A DNA stretch of 64,000 bases, taken from positions 35,588,001 to 35,652,000 of the forward strand of contig CAIIXF020000001.1 of the NCBI GenBank assembly GCA_903813345.2. The letters run 5' to 3'. Of the stretch, positions 35,631-49,046 are shown piece by piece; the stretch's first letter is position 1, and each line of letters begins with the position of its first letter. The translations under genes and the position numbers were made by a program. A model generated the notes under the pieces. That model saw nothing but the letters and a program-made list of their open reading frames with translations, had not been told where the DNA came from and ran no database searches. Source of the DNA: Owenia fusiformis (taxonomy: Eukaryota).

Positions 35631-38528
35631 ATGGTACGACCTAAGTTCTTTACACCAAACGAGGTGTCAGTCCATAATACATTAGAGGACCTTTGGGTGT
35701 CATTTCTAGGCAAGGTTTATGACCTGACTCCCCTCTGTGATGTACATAAAGGTGAGTAAAGGTTTGTATGTTCAACATGAAGCATTACCATGCTCTTTTT
35801 CATGTTTTCACCTCACACTTTTGATGTACATGTAGCCTAGTTGAGAAAATATGTATTATGTAGTTCACTGAATTTACCGATCACTTGATCATGAGTTTCC
35901 GAAAGGTCAAGTTCCTTCTTTCTTGTGTATACTAGATGAAACGCACACAATTGGAGTCGGGGCAATCTGCGCGAGGTTCGGCTTTTACTTGGCTCGGTTT
36001 TTCTTTACGGGAAGTACGTCACTCCAATGATTCAAAGTGCTTTTCTGTCATCGGTTCGGTTTAAGTTTGTACAAACGTCTACAAATCAGGGACAGGTTGA
36101 TATTGTGTCATTACATTTGTTTTTGGTGTATATGTTTTGTTTTGACACGAAACAAATATATTTCCGCAAAATATGGTGTATTATGGGTAAGGACTGCTGT
36201 GAAACAATGAACGTAAGTGACATCTATCGGAAATTAAATGTTCTTATTAAGTTACTCATTGCGCATGCGTCATAATAATTTGAACCAATTAAATTGCTTG
36301 ATTTAATATGCATGCGCCAAAAACCGAATCAAAAAAAGGAATCTCGCTCAGATTGCCTCTAGTGCACAATTGAAATTCTAGACTCGATCCTGGGCCAATC
36401 TTCTTAGAGGGAGATCAATAGAAAAAAAAATCTAAAGGAATTTAATATTTTTAAGATTCCCAATCCAATCCACCTTTTACATGAATCCAATCCACTCGAT
36501 CCAATCCACCTTTTACATTAATGCAACAGTGGAGACGATAACCCCATTTAACATGAAGTACGATATCTAGACAATTGAAGGAGTATTAGTAATTCCAATA
36601 TGGCGTTTTTCTAGGATTCGTGAGAGGTAACTTTGATTAGTTTTAGTGCAAAATTCCCACATAGGATCGCGAATTCCTGCAAACAAGTGCTAGATTAGAT
36701 TAAATACTTGAAGAAAATGCAATAAAAAGCATTCCATCGATCGATTTAGACTTTCCAAGAATGCAAGTTCGGTGGTGAATTCATTGGTTCGTAACATTGA
36801 CTGAAAATTCACAAGATTGAACGGCATTTTCTCCACAATTTTGGAATGAAATGCTTCCTTGGGATTTAATATATCATTAATGTTTACCTAAGTATACGTA
36901 CTATAAAAGAAATATTACTTAGATTGTATATATAGTAAACACTGGGTCTTCTAATTAACCTGGTGTTTCAAATTATGAATTACAATGGACATTCTGCTTA
37001 TTGGCGTGATTCACGTCAATTGATGTGCAAAATGGCAATCTCCGTGTTACACGTTAAATGGGGTTATCGTCTCCACTGTACAATCCACTAAATCCAATCC
37101 ATCTTTTACATGAATCCAATCCCCTTGATCCAATCCACCTTTTACATTAATCCAATCCACTCGATCCAATCCACCTTTTAATCTTTACCATTGTCTCTGC
37201 CATTTTTCTATGACTGGTGCTCAGGGAACTTTTGTAACTACATGTACCAATTTTCTATAATGTCTGAAAATTTGAAAAATCAAGTGACTTTAACATCTCT
37301 CAACTAATAATCTAGGTATATGTTCACTCTGTGCAAAACTGAAAGGTGTAGACAATGTATGTATGGAATGAGTTTTGTGTGGCTGGAAATAACATCAGAC
37401 TCCAATCAGGAATTAAAATTTGAATGTGCGGATATGATTACAAAAAGCACAGAGTTAAAAAACTCCAATTTATTTCCTCTTTTATAGGTGATGTTCTCCT
37501 AAAACCAATAATTCAAGCAGGGGGCACTGATATATCACATTGGTTTAATCCTAAACTGAAAGATGTAAGTACCATATTAACTACATATATCACTTTTAAT
37601 GGTAAAAATTTCTCATGAAAGAGTTAATGTTAGATATATAAACTATTTAACTTTATTTAACTTTAGTAAGGCTGAAGTATTGATTCTGAAGTATTACAAT
37701 TTTAATATACACATCTCAGATAAATAATTCATGAAAAAATGAAGTTTCAATCTTATCAATGTTCTTATGTGAATGTGCTGTTTTCTTCAGATACGTACCC
37801 ATGTCGACCCTTTGACTGGTTGTGTTATTCCCTACACACCACATGGACGTTTCATCCACATAGCTCCTCCATGTCCCAACTCTGACTGGGTCAATGACTT
37901 TGGACGTCCATGGTGGAAGGATGATAGCTACAATGTTGGGATTCTCTCAAAGAAAACACGGTTTATAAAAATCATCAATACATTGACATCACAAGACCAG
38001 GTTATAGAGGTATGCAATGCAAATGACTGTTCACCTCTTCAGAGGTTGACTGGGGATGTCTGCAAATTCCCAACACCACTGATTTAAGGGAATAAGACAA
38101 TTAAATTATATGCTACATATTTAAACTTTTGGTAGCATTTTAATTTGTCAAATCATATTGATACTTAATTCTCCAGATTGAGGTACACAGATGTTTTCGT
38201 ACTCTTAATCTTGAATTCCTGCGGTTTCCTGACTACCTGTTTGTGCAATGTCTCTCAAGTTGTATGTTCTTCTAACTTATGCATGAATTTTTTACAGGTT
38301 TGCTCTGAAGAGAATATGCATGAGATTCTGACCCGATATCTGACATACAATGCACATGCTGCTAGTTACACCTGGAAGTATGATGGCAGGAATCTAGATA
38401 TGGACAAAACACTAGAGGAAAATGAAATACCTGATGAGGATGAGGACTTTTATCAATTAAGCATGAATGATGACACATATCTCCAAGCTATACACCTCTA
38501 TTTCAATGATGATCTCACAGAGGCATAA
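35631..38528 (+). CDS. CYB5D1: Cytochrome b5 domain-containing protein 1, 215 aa, 4 exons
   Basis: Exons 35631-35751, 37488-37564, 37791-38009, 38298-38528. Phases match. [35 protein letters not shown]...[10 protein letters not shown]...PWWKDD...[12 protein letters not shown]...[10 protein letters not shown]. Confidence 0.95.
35954..36364. mobile_element. Degenerate MITE in CYB5D1 intron 1, flanked by CACAATTG duplication
   Basis: GGCAATCTGCGCGAG / CTCGCTCAGATTGCC inverted ends. CACAATTG at 35946-35953 and 36365-36372. Confidence 0.55.
36527..37078. mobile_element. MITE with 26-bp perfect TIRs inserted in an AATCC-rich repeat
   Basis: CAGTGGAGACGATAACCCCATTTAAC / GTTAAATGGGGTTATCGTCTCCACTG. 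Confidence 0.8.
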
Positions 38529-41500
38529 TATCGTTAATATCTTTTTATCTACATGTATGAATCAGGACAAAAATACAACTTCCTAGGTTGCCTTGCTTAA
38601 GCTGCTATCTGTTTCCAAAGGACAATCAATTTTTCACAATCATTTTTAATTTATTTTCAAATTTAACCTATAGCCTCGCCTCACGAATCATGTGACAGGT
38701 GTACAGTATTATTGCAAGACTAGGACATAGTTTTATTATATCAGGATCATGATTCAACATTTAGCCCCAAGATCAATATTGTTATTAAGAATAAAGTTCT
38801 TATTAAAAAATAAGATGGCGCTGTAGATCAGGATCCGAATCCTCAGACTTAATGTGAAGATTACTCATCATGAAGCTAAGCAATTAGTGTAAATATTGTA
38901 CATATACGTGTAATGTGTAAATAAAAACTAATATCACATTTGTATAAAAACATTTATCTTATGTATGATGGTGAAATCCGACTGCAATATACACTTCAGT
39001 AGATGAGGGCAAGTGAACCATTTTAGCTACTTTGGAAGGAAATTTAGGGAAATCAAAATATTTTTGGCACTGAGTGACTGGTTTTGCCAACTGTTTTGTG
39101 CTAATCAATCTAATTTGGTCATACGTCACAAATCTTCTTCACCCTACATGTGACATATCAGCTTTTCTACAGTCCTAGTCCATGTCAATTTGAATGGGAT
39201 AATGCAATAATTAACAGGGTGAGATGTGCCTCATTATCTAAACAACATAATGACAATAACACAATGTCTCTGCCTGGTATGGGGCTATTCAATTTAACAA
39301 TGAAACACTGTTTACTGCCAACACCAAATTATCAACACAGAAAAGAGTTTACCATAAAGCTGATAAGTAAGAACAAGCAAAAATAAATTAAGAACCCTTT
39401 AACCCAGTGTAAAACTATGAAATGTCGCCCGGGGTTTTCAACTGCCAAAAAGTTGACTTTTGGGGCTTCCAATTAAGACATGTATGAAGGCTACAATACA
39501 CATATTCTTGAAATGATAACAAGTTGTCAATTAATGCTATTGGCCTATATATTTTTTGTAATGAGTCATCAGTGGATGTACCATGTACCTTTTTAAAGGC
39601 CCCATATAAAGTTTAAACCACTTTGGCTTATATTGTAGTCTTACTTAATGTTATCAGAGTGTGATATGTGAAACTTTTTTTTTAATTTCAAAAAGTGGTT
39701 TTTGATAGACTTTTTGTTCCAAAATTTGTGAATTTATTTTAAACTAACTTTTAGAGGTCACACATATCTTTTAATTAGCCACAATTCATATCAATGCATA
39801 GCATTTATCTTTGCATGTTTTTTGCCGAAGAAATTAAGAAAATCGGTTCATAAATAAGCGAGAAATGAACTTATCAGTGCATGAAAATGGTTCTGAGAAA
39901 AATGCATTTCAAAATTAACTAGGTTAAAATCCTTTTAACCTAGTTAGACAATTAACATTGGTTTATTATTGAAGTCTAGCATATTCAGAACAGATTGACA
40001 TCAAAAAAAAATTGCTACCTTAGTGACATCACTAATGTTTCAAAATATTTTGATATGCTAAAACATCGAAGTGGCCCATTAAATATGGCATTTTATTATT
40101 GAAATAGTGTGTCCTTTGTTCAGTCTTTGCATTAGTGTTAAAAAGATAATTTTTTTTTTGAAATGCATTAAGAAATATTTTTGACGATTAAAAAATTTCA
40201 ACTTTTTTTGAAAAATGGCGGGAAATTTGAACATTTGAAAAATGAAATGCTCACATTTTCTAGAAATTTTTTTTTTCAAAAATCTCTAAAATAACTTTTT
40301 GAGTTATGGAAAATAGTAAATGAATGATAAAAAAATATTTTCAAACTTTAGATGGGGACTTAAAAGGCTATCAATCATGGTCCAGTATTCTAATTAATTT
40401 TTCACACCCTCTTTCGAGGCTACCTGTTGAAAACTGATTGGTGGTCTGTGGGATCGGTCTTTTTTGTAATACCCCAAAAATATTGGCTATTATTATTATA
40501 GTCACCACTTATTGGTGGTGGCATAAAAAACTAGAGGGATTCATTTGGTCCATTCACGCATGGTTATACCAATTTGACAGAACAAATTTCTTTAAATTTA
40601 AATATTCAACTTATTTATTCTCTGCCAAGCTGCAAACTACATACCTTCATAAAAGCTTAGTAAGCAGTTGGCTAACATTTTGTTTTAACAATCAATAATA
40701 ATAAGCATTCAATAAATGCAAAGCTTTATTCTAATTACTGATAGAAATTGGTCATTTTTAGTAATGTTTTATTGATATGCATCATTTTACTGGTATACTT
40801 GGTAGTTAATAAGGCATCACAAATAAATGTGAAATCAAAGTCATCTTACAAATTCTTGTCTCATAACAAACAAACAAATAAACAATCAATCAACACTGAA
40901 CAAACAAAGAGCTCTAAAAAGGTATAGTATTAATTGGTTAATATTGAATGGAAATCTTTTCAAACTTTAGATCTTTTCAAACTTTAGATTTTCTCATTCA
41001 ACAGTTGTATTCAGAAGGAGCACAACTATCTCCCAATATTGTTATATAGATAGTAACCTATCATTCATTAAATCCATTGTAACCAGGACAATCATGATGC
41101 CATAGAACTATTGACTTTTCATAATGTTAAGAATGGTTATGACAATGCACCCCTGGTACGAGTTGTTAGCATATCATCAGTCTATTATTCCAAGAATCAT
41201 TCCCTATAAGTAGTCATCTCATGTTTCATATTAAATTCTACAAATTATCCCTTATTGAGTGGATGTCAAAGGCTGTTTCAATATAACGTGTAGTGTGAAA
41301 ACCATATCCACACATTCAACAACACAAAGTATTGTTAACATGGATTAAATGTAGAATTTAAAGCAAAACTTGCGTGTAAGACAACTCCATATAAAAGTTG
41401 ATAATATGCCTCAATCATTTGAAATAAAAGATCTGTAAAAATCTCTAATGCACATAGAATGACACTGATGCGTTACTGGACCAGTACAGTCTAAAACAAC

Positions 41501-44441
41501 ACTATAATCATACCAATTACTCAATTGTTTCACCTGTCCCATGTATACACTATACACCATATCAGGAACACATAACACATCTTAATAACTTTTGAAACAT
41601 GAATAAATCAATATTCTAGGAAATACTTACAAGATTTTACATTGCAAATTGACCTTGCAACAATGGTCAAGGTCAATTAGCTCTTGGGGGCTTAATTATA
41701 GGATAACATATTAAATTGATTTTCATGCAAATTTTACAGTATTATACTAACCCATCAAATATCAAGGTTACGTGACCACATTCATGGCTACATTGTTCAA
41801 ATGAAAATAAAGTAAGACATTAAAAAGCATCACATATCTAATCATATAAAAAATATATAAAACTACATGTACTTAATCTAAGTTTAATTGTTTCAAATTC
41901 TGTACAATTAAGGCTTTTTGGGGCATACATTAACAAAAGCCAATACAAGGACTTGCCTCTACAGTAGCAATATATAAGTATACAATTTGAAAATGATGTT
42001 TTGAAATTGGCAATCTATAAAAACAAAACCTCCTTTTATTGACCATTTACAAAATATACAACAGCAATATGCAATAAAAATATGGTTTGAAGTCGGAGGG
42101 TTCCATAATGACCGTGTACATATATGGACAAGGTGTTCCGGAAAATTGTACCCAGTTGTAATGATCCAAATGAAACGAAAATGCATGTCTTTTTCCTTCA
42201 TTGAAAAAAGCTGAACTTTTAACTTGTTAAAAGGAATTCATTTTCCAATTAGCATATTTGTATAAAAATTCATCAAAATTTTAAATTACTTACTGAAAAA
42301 TTTGTCAGGCTGAAAATTTGAAAAGCTTTTAATAAATGACCTCCATCACTATCAATGCAAAACCAAATGCAATTTCTAACAATGGAAGAATGTGTAATGC
42401 AGCTTAAACAAGCATTTTGTCGAAATGACCAAATTTCAAATGTTCCTTCATCAATGGTACAATGTTTTGGGACAGCCTGTATACAGGTATATAAGTACAA
42501 GTTTTATCAATATTGCAATTACATTAGCACAGTCCGTTGAATTGCACTATTTTTCAAAACTGAGAAAAAATGAAATTAGACAGTACATTTTTCAACTTTA
42601 ACTTAAAGCACCAATTCAAGTAACATTTACACTGGTAGTTTGACATTCATTGGGTACTGATCTTCTACAATGATGGGTATACAAATTCTTCACATTTTAT
42701 AAATTTCACACATGATGGTGAATAAGCAGTTTCTATCAATGTGACCTGACATCACATTAAACAATACTGAATTGGACAAGGCAGTTTTGAGAAGTCTAAA
42801 GACAACATCAATAGTATTTCAAGCATATCTTTTCCAAATATACGGTATACGACACTCACTACAATACAAAAATCTTATTCAAACAAGGCATCACTAATGT
42901 ATAATATCTGGGATGTTTATGATATCCCAGATCTCTGTGAAATGGAGAGCAGTACAGACTACGACATGGCCAAATCTCATATATGTTGATAATGACATAT
43001 ACAAATACATTATATTTATACAAATGCCTATTTTATGACATGGCCCATTACATACATCATCATCATGACATGGAAAATACATAAAAATGCTCAGATCTCT
43101 GCAAAATGGAAAACAGTGGTCCATTTGTTAATTGTGACATGGAAAATGCATACATTGTGACAAGGAGCACATACTGACAGAGAAAATATACATGTGACGA
43201 GGTCAAAAAATACATATATTGATCAAAACATACATCGCAAAGTCCTAATGTATAAATTGTGAGGATGTCAATTTCAAATGTTGTGATAAGTTCAAAGTAT
43301 AAATTGTGACATGGTCATATCACACATTATTACATGGTAAAATATAAACATTGAGATATGGTTATTGAACAAACATTGTGACACTGACAAATATACATTC
43401 TAGTTCACACTTTACTCTATATTTACCTTGACAATACATGCACACTCTTGAAGAATATACAAAGCTTAGTTGTATATTTGAAAGGGGAAGTTAATTTTTT
43501 TATTCTGATACCTGTGTAGTGTGTACTCCTCCCCTTTAAACCCCTGCATGAATTATTATTTCCTGTCAAGAAAAATATACGGCATGTCACTACATGGGTA
43601 GTAAATACAAGTAGTTCCAAATTGTCTAAAAAATCAATTGAAATGGTGAATGTACCTATACATGTATGTATATCTGAATTCAAAATATAATATCAATATC
43701 AAGCCAAAGCATGTACTGTACAGTCACAGTGTACATGTTTTAAAAATGTCAAAATACCTCTATGTCTCATTTGTTTTTGAACAAAAAGCAAGATTGAACA
43801 GCTATGTCTCATCAGTTTGAAAAAAGGCAAGAATCATAACAAAACAATTATCTGACTATGCCTGAAAACATAAAATATACTTCAACCTTTATCAATGAGT
43901 GCCCCTCTCCAAGGATCCCCTCATTATAAAACATATTTGCTATCTGAATGCCTGTATTCAGTTTCACACTGTTCCCCAACTAGTTAATATGTAATGTCAA
44001 AGTGACAAAATGGTAAACTACATAAGTTTGAGTTAAGACTATTTGTTTTCTCAATTTAAATCTGCTAATACTTCAATTTGCAGATTATAGTTTGGAGAAT
44101 ATAGTCTAGTTTAAGAATATACCTTCCATTTTGAATTTGTTTATAAGCCTTCGCTTTTGTTACATTGACATAAATCTACATCAAAATAAGTAACATTCAG
44201 GTTTTCATAGCAACATAATTCCATGACAGAGGAAATGGCACATGTATTTTGACATCAATGATGACAGTGTTCTCCCCAGAAATAAAGTTGAGAATTTAGA
44301 AAAATATGATCAAGTTTTAAATATTTATCTTATAGCTGAATGAGTTGTATGGTATTTTAATTTTGGAGCGGCGAGTGGAAATCCCAGGGAGAACATTGAG
44401 CACCTATATTGAGATGATTTCTGAAATTAATCCTCTGCTAA

Positions 44442-45503
44442 TTAATCTTTCTTGTTGTTATTGTTACAAGAGCACATATCTTCCCTGTGTTTGCCATGGG
44501 TTTGTACACCATGGATCGGCATATTGTAGAGACGATAAGTGAAACATGCAAGCAGAAGGAGGATTAGCGCCAAACTGAGTAGCATGGCCCCAATTGAAAG
44601 ACTGAATGATGGTATCATATCATTGGCTAAAATGAATTCACGCCTGTCTACCATGTCATATAAAATTGCATTCATTTGGTCAAAAGTGCCCATGACACTG
44701 CAAATATGGAATAATTGATGACTGTGACCAATAATGTCAAATGTTCCAGGAAATATACGCTCTGGAAGATGTGTCGAGTATAAAAATGCAGAGCCAGCAG
44801 CGAAGAAAAACTGCCTGTAAAGTAGATGAGTCGAGCGCAGATCACATTCAGTGCCATCGCACACAAACAGTCTATAAACAACAGGTATACTGTCAAAGAA
44901 GTAAGGCATCATCATGGATCCCATCCGTAAAATCTTCTTTTTCTTGGTGAAATTATCCATGAAACGTGTCTCACAACACAACATCATAGACAATATGGAA
45001 TTCAATATGGCAACATAAAGGTACATATTCCCAAAGGTAGTGCCTATTAAGCCTTCCGGAAATACGTAAGCACGATATGCAATTGCACTTCCCAGCCCAT
45101 ATATACTTAGAGCAGCATAGTCCAGGAAAAAACAGAAATGGCGGGCACGGTCAGACATACAGTTAAAAATATGAGCAATGGCGCTTGTAAGCGGATAAAC
45201 ACAAAGACAGAACATATAGGCCAGGAGAGGCCATGAGTAAGCATCATGGGTGAAATCATAAACTTCTGCAAGGGCACGTAATTTCCAGATGAAGAACAAT
45301 GTTGGCAGGAAGTGAGTCCAAAAGTTCAGTGTTTCATTTGTCGCATCGAATATACTGAGAATGCATTGTTGTGGTGAGGATTTGGGATGCCTATACCCGG
45401 AGATTATGAAGAGCTCCTTAAAGTGGTCTGGAACTTGGTCAAAGCGGTAAATCTGCCCACTTAGTGAAAGCATGACTGGATTGTTCACACAGGACAAGGC
45501 ACA
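44442..45503 (-). CDS. PAQR5: PAQR family membrane progestin receptor (gamma, PAQR5/6-like), main coding exon
   Basis: 7TM HlyIII/PAQR motifs: SGYRHPKSS..NETLNFWTH, SAIAHIFNCMS..DY, PERIFPGTFDIIGHSHQLFH. Acceptor TTTCAG immediately upstream of 45503. First internal ATG at 45473. The PAQR5 versus PAQR6 assignment is approximate. Confidence 0.85.
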   Translation of the reverse strand, partial: CALSCVNNPVMLSLSGQIYRFDQVPDHFKELFIISGYRHPKSSPQQCILSIFDATNETLNFWTHFLPTLFFIWKLRALAEVYDFTHDAYSWPLLAYMFCLCVYPLTSAIAHIFNCMSDRARHFCFFLDYAALSIYGLGSAIAYRAYVFPEGLIGTTFGNMYLYVAILNSILSMMLCCETRFMDNFTKKKKILRMGSMMMPYFFDSIPVVYRLFVCDGTECDLRSTHLLYRQFFFAAGSAFLYSTHLPERIFPGTFDIIGHSHQLFHICSVMGTFDQMNAILYDMVDRREFILANDMIPSFSLSIGAMLLSLALILLLLACFTYRLYNMPIHGVQTHGKHREDMCSCNNNNKKD

Positions 45504-46539
45504 CTGAAAATACAGAATATTTCAAATTATACAAAACATCTTAAATTATAATATTACACACTGTTGCTCCAAAACCTATCGGTTTGAAATCTACTTAACC
45601 AAATTCCATTTGACTCAATGTAGTCAAAATTTTATACCTCAGAATTGCGATAGTCTGGAAGTTCCTAGCTAATGATGTAAATATTATACAAATATTGAAT
45701 ATTGAATATTGTAGAGTTGAATATCTGTATATATTCTGAAGGTGTATTCATCGCAGCCCGAAGGGTTATATGTTATATGTTATACAGTATTGAACCTTTT
45801 CTTGGGAGGGCTTCCTGATACAACTTCACCATCTGTCATATCGGATGAAAATACTTTTTACTAAATTCCCAGGAATTAAGTGATGTGACGTCACATTATA
45901 ATTGAATATACACGTATAGTGGTATTCACTAAATATGATGTCACTGTTGGTGAATACACTCTTCACACGTTTTCTAAGCAGGGAGACATGGAATACCTCA
46001 ATATATTTTTAGTCACATGGTATCTAATTGACCAATGAGAGAACGGCATGGAAATAATAATGATATATATTGAAGGCATGATATACTTGGATTAGAGTTC
46101 ACAGAGTTATATAATCACAGCTTAACATGATTTCTATTTTGACCAATGGTGTGCCCCTTAATAAATAATGTACATTTATTTTCATACATGTAGATATATT
46201 GATGACGTTATTCATTTACCTCAACTTGAGTTTTATAATTAATTAAACTTTCAATCATCCCCTGATTTGGTATTAAGCAAAACTTACAATAACAATTTAC
46301 TGTGAATGCAGCCTAACAACTTAATACAAAAATTGCATAATTTAATTAATGCATCATTATCAAAAGTAATATATAATTTTTCATATTATATAAGAATAAA
46401 CAATGTCTACAAAGAGACAAACACCTTTTTCTTATACAATAAAGACTAGTAGGTAAATGGAGTGAATTATCTCTCATTTAAAGAGTTAAGATGAACTTGA
46501 GCTCTTGCAAAGGTTATAATTGGGGCGTAAGTACTTAAT

Positions 46540-46955
46540 TAATAATTCAAACATGACCATGCTCTATTCGAATTTCTCAACCAATCAGAATGCAGCATAG
46601 CCAATATAGAACGTTCTCTAATTCTCCATAGATGCACGACCATGCTCTATTCAATCTGCAATTTGCATTGTTTTGAGTGACGTCACATCTCAGCTGCACA
46701 TCTGGGGCTCTGTCCGGGGATTGCATGCGTATTCAACTATTCTTCCTTCATGCCCGTTCCACAGACACGGCTTTTACTATTTTTATGTTTGAATCGGAAT
46801 AAATAATGATAGGCCATTCAATATGGTGAAATTCAGCGCTCGTTGGACAGAATGTTAGTACAAATGCACTCACCTTCGGTTCGTGCTTTGTACAACATTC
46901 TGTCCAACTCGTGCTGAATTTCACCATATTGAATGGCCTATCATTATTTATTCCT
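46540..46955 (-). mobile_element. Hairpin + inverted-repeat element (copy D)
   Basis: Near-perfect 159-bp hairpin 46796-46954 with CTTCGG at the apex. IR ATTCAAACAT (46545) / ATGTTTGAAT (46785). CTTAATTA direct repeat at both edges. Confidence 0.75.
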
Positions 46956-47194
46956 TAATTATTGAACACAGATGCTATTACAAATAGTTTTAAACTAGTA
47001 CCCCACACAAAAGGCTGTCCCACCACATTTATACCATCCAGCTGTTCTTAACTAAATGTAAATTATGAAGTATCATTTACATCATCTAATGATATGAACA
47101 TGTAAAAATTACTGTTCAACACTAAGGGAAGCATTATGAATGAAAATAAAAAATATAATATATCATCATCATCTTCTTCTATCAATAAAACACA

Positions 47195-48095
47195 GTGGTC
47201 TGTTTGTCTGTCCAGACATCTCCTCCTAAACCGTTTGACCTTGGGCCCTCATACTTGGTCATCATACTAAGTGGGTTCTACGAACGTAAGAGATCAAGGT
47301 CATTCCAAGGCAAAAGGTCAATATCTAGCTATTTGGCTTTTTGGTCTGTGCTGTGACCCCTACTGACCCATGATTAGGTGACCTGAGGCCAAGGTCATTA
47401 AAGGTCATTCCAAGGTCAACGGTCAATATATTAGTATTTAGCGTTTTAATGCATTTGGGGGCTGTTGTGACCCTTGGCAACCCATGATTAGGTCATTCCT
47501 AGGTCAAAGGTCAATATTTAGGTATTTGGTGATTCGAAGTCATTGATGCTGCTTGGTGATAATTGATAAGTTGGCTTGAGGTCAAAGTCAATGTTTATGG
47601 GTCAAGGTCATCTCAAGGTCAAAGGTCAATATCTAAATATTTGGTGTTTTATGGACCTTGGGGGCTGCTGTGACTTTTGGGGACCCACCATTAGGTGATC
47701 TGAAGTCAAGGCCATTCCAAGATCGATGGTCAATATTTAGATATTTGGCATTTTAAGACGCTGGGGGCTGCTGTTACCCTTAGCAACCCACGATTAGGTG
47801 ACCTGAGGTCAAGGTCAATGTTATATTGGTCAAGGTCATCTCAAGGTTAAAGGTAAAAACTAAGTATCTGGTGAGGTCAAAGTCAATGTTAATGGGCCAA
47901 GGTAATCTCAAAGTCAAAGGTGAATATCTAGGTATTTGGCATTTCAAGGCCTTTGGATAAGTTCACCTCAATTTATGAATTAGTCAAGTTCAAACAATCA
48001 ATATACAGGTATTAGCATTTTATGGAGGCTGCTGCCATGTGAGGGCTGCTGTGACCATTGGTGACCCACTCGGAAGGGTTAGATTGCTAGTTATT
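47195..48095 (-). repeat. Helentron-like element with internal AGGTCA-rich tandem units
   Basis: Repeated 'aggtcattccaaggtcaaaggtcaatat..gggggctgctgtgacc' units. GTCT microsatellite at the left. CTAGTT at the right. Confidence 0.55.
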
Positions 48096-48869
48096 CTAAC
48101 ACAAGGAAAACATGCAAAATTCCTCTAATAACAATCTGAGATAAATCATCATAAATCTTGATCATGCCTACTGCTAATGAAACGTCTGATAACATCTGAT
48201 CACATATTATATTATATAAAAAAGACTATCTGTGTGAAAACTGATCACATATATGTATATCATTTGAATTAAATGGTAAAACAGTTCAATTTAAATTGAA
48301 ATCTATGATGCTTTGGAGTGTTCGGAAGTACTCAGATTTTTGATAGACTGATTTAAAGATGAAGAAAAAAAGCAGAAAGACTTTTTTCCCTCAAGAAGGA
48401 TTTACTCATTTTCATTATATAGCTCCTCTTTAGTACTTTCAATTTAAATATATATTCCTTCATCAAGGTAAGATGGAAATGACATACAATGCACATCTCA
48501 TGGGTATCAATATCATGTAATAGATTATTTCTAGTAAGAGACAAAATCCCACAAAACATCATAATTTTGATCTTTGTGAAGCCAGAAAAAACTGTGAGGG
48601 TGCCTTTCTATATCTATAATAACTATGAGCTTACAAACTCCCTAATGTATTGTAGATTTCAAATGTGTCACAAAAAATTGATATTAAGCAAGATATGTTT
48701 AATTTAAATTAAAAAAAAAACTGTTGACATGTAGCCATGTACTACCCGAGTCCTTTATTACCTTATTACCCTATCCATTATTAGTGGAAATAATAATGAT
48801 AATTTATAAGTCTAGACATATTAGTTTCCAATGACACAAGTACCAGATTGATCCTCCTTTACATTATAC

Positions 48870-49046
48870 AGTAAAACCTGTGTATATTGAACATTTTTTT
48901 GTTAAGGAAAAACATTCAGTGTTGGTGGGTGTTCACTACAGAGATGGTTATTTGTACAGAAGTCAGTAGGGTATGTGTGGAGGAAGGGTGTCTACTAGAG
49001 ACAGGTGTTCACAAAAGAGAGGTGCTCACTAAGACAGTGTTTACTG
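48870..49046. mobile_element. Degenerate pogo/Tigger-like MITE
   Basis: TA|CAGTAAAACCTGT ... ACAGTGTTTACTG|TA. Confidence 0.5.

Noticed and set aside
39398..40420. piggyBac-like element starting TTAA|CCC
   Set aside because: No matching right terminus found.
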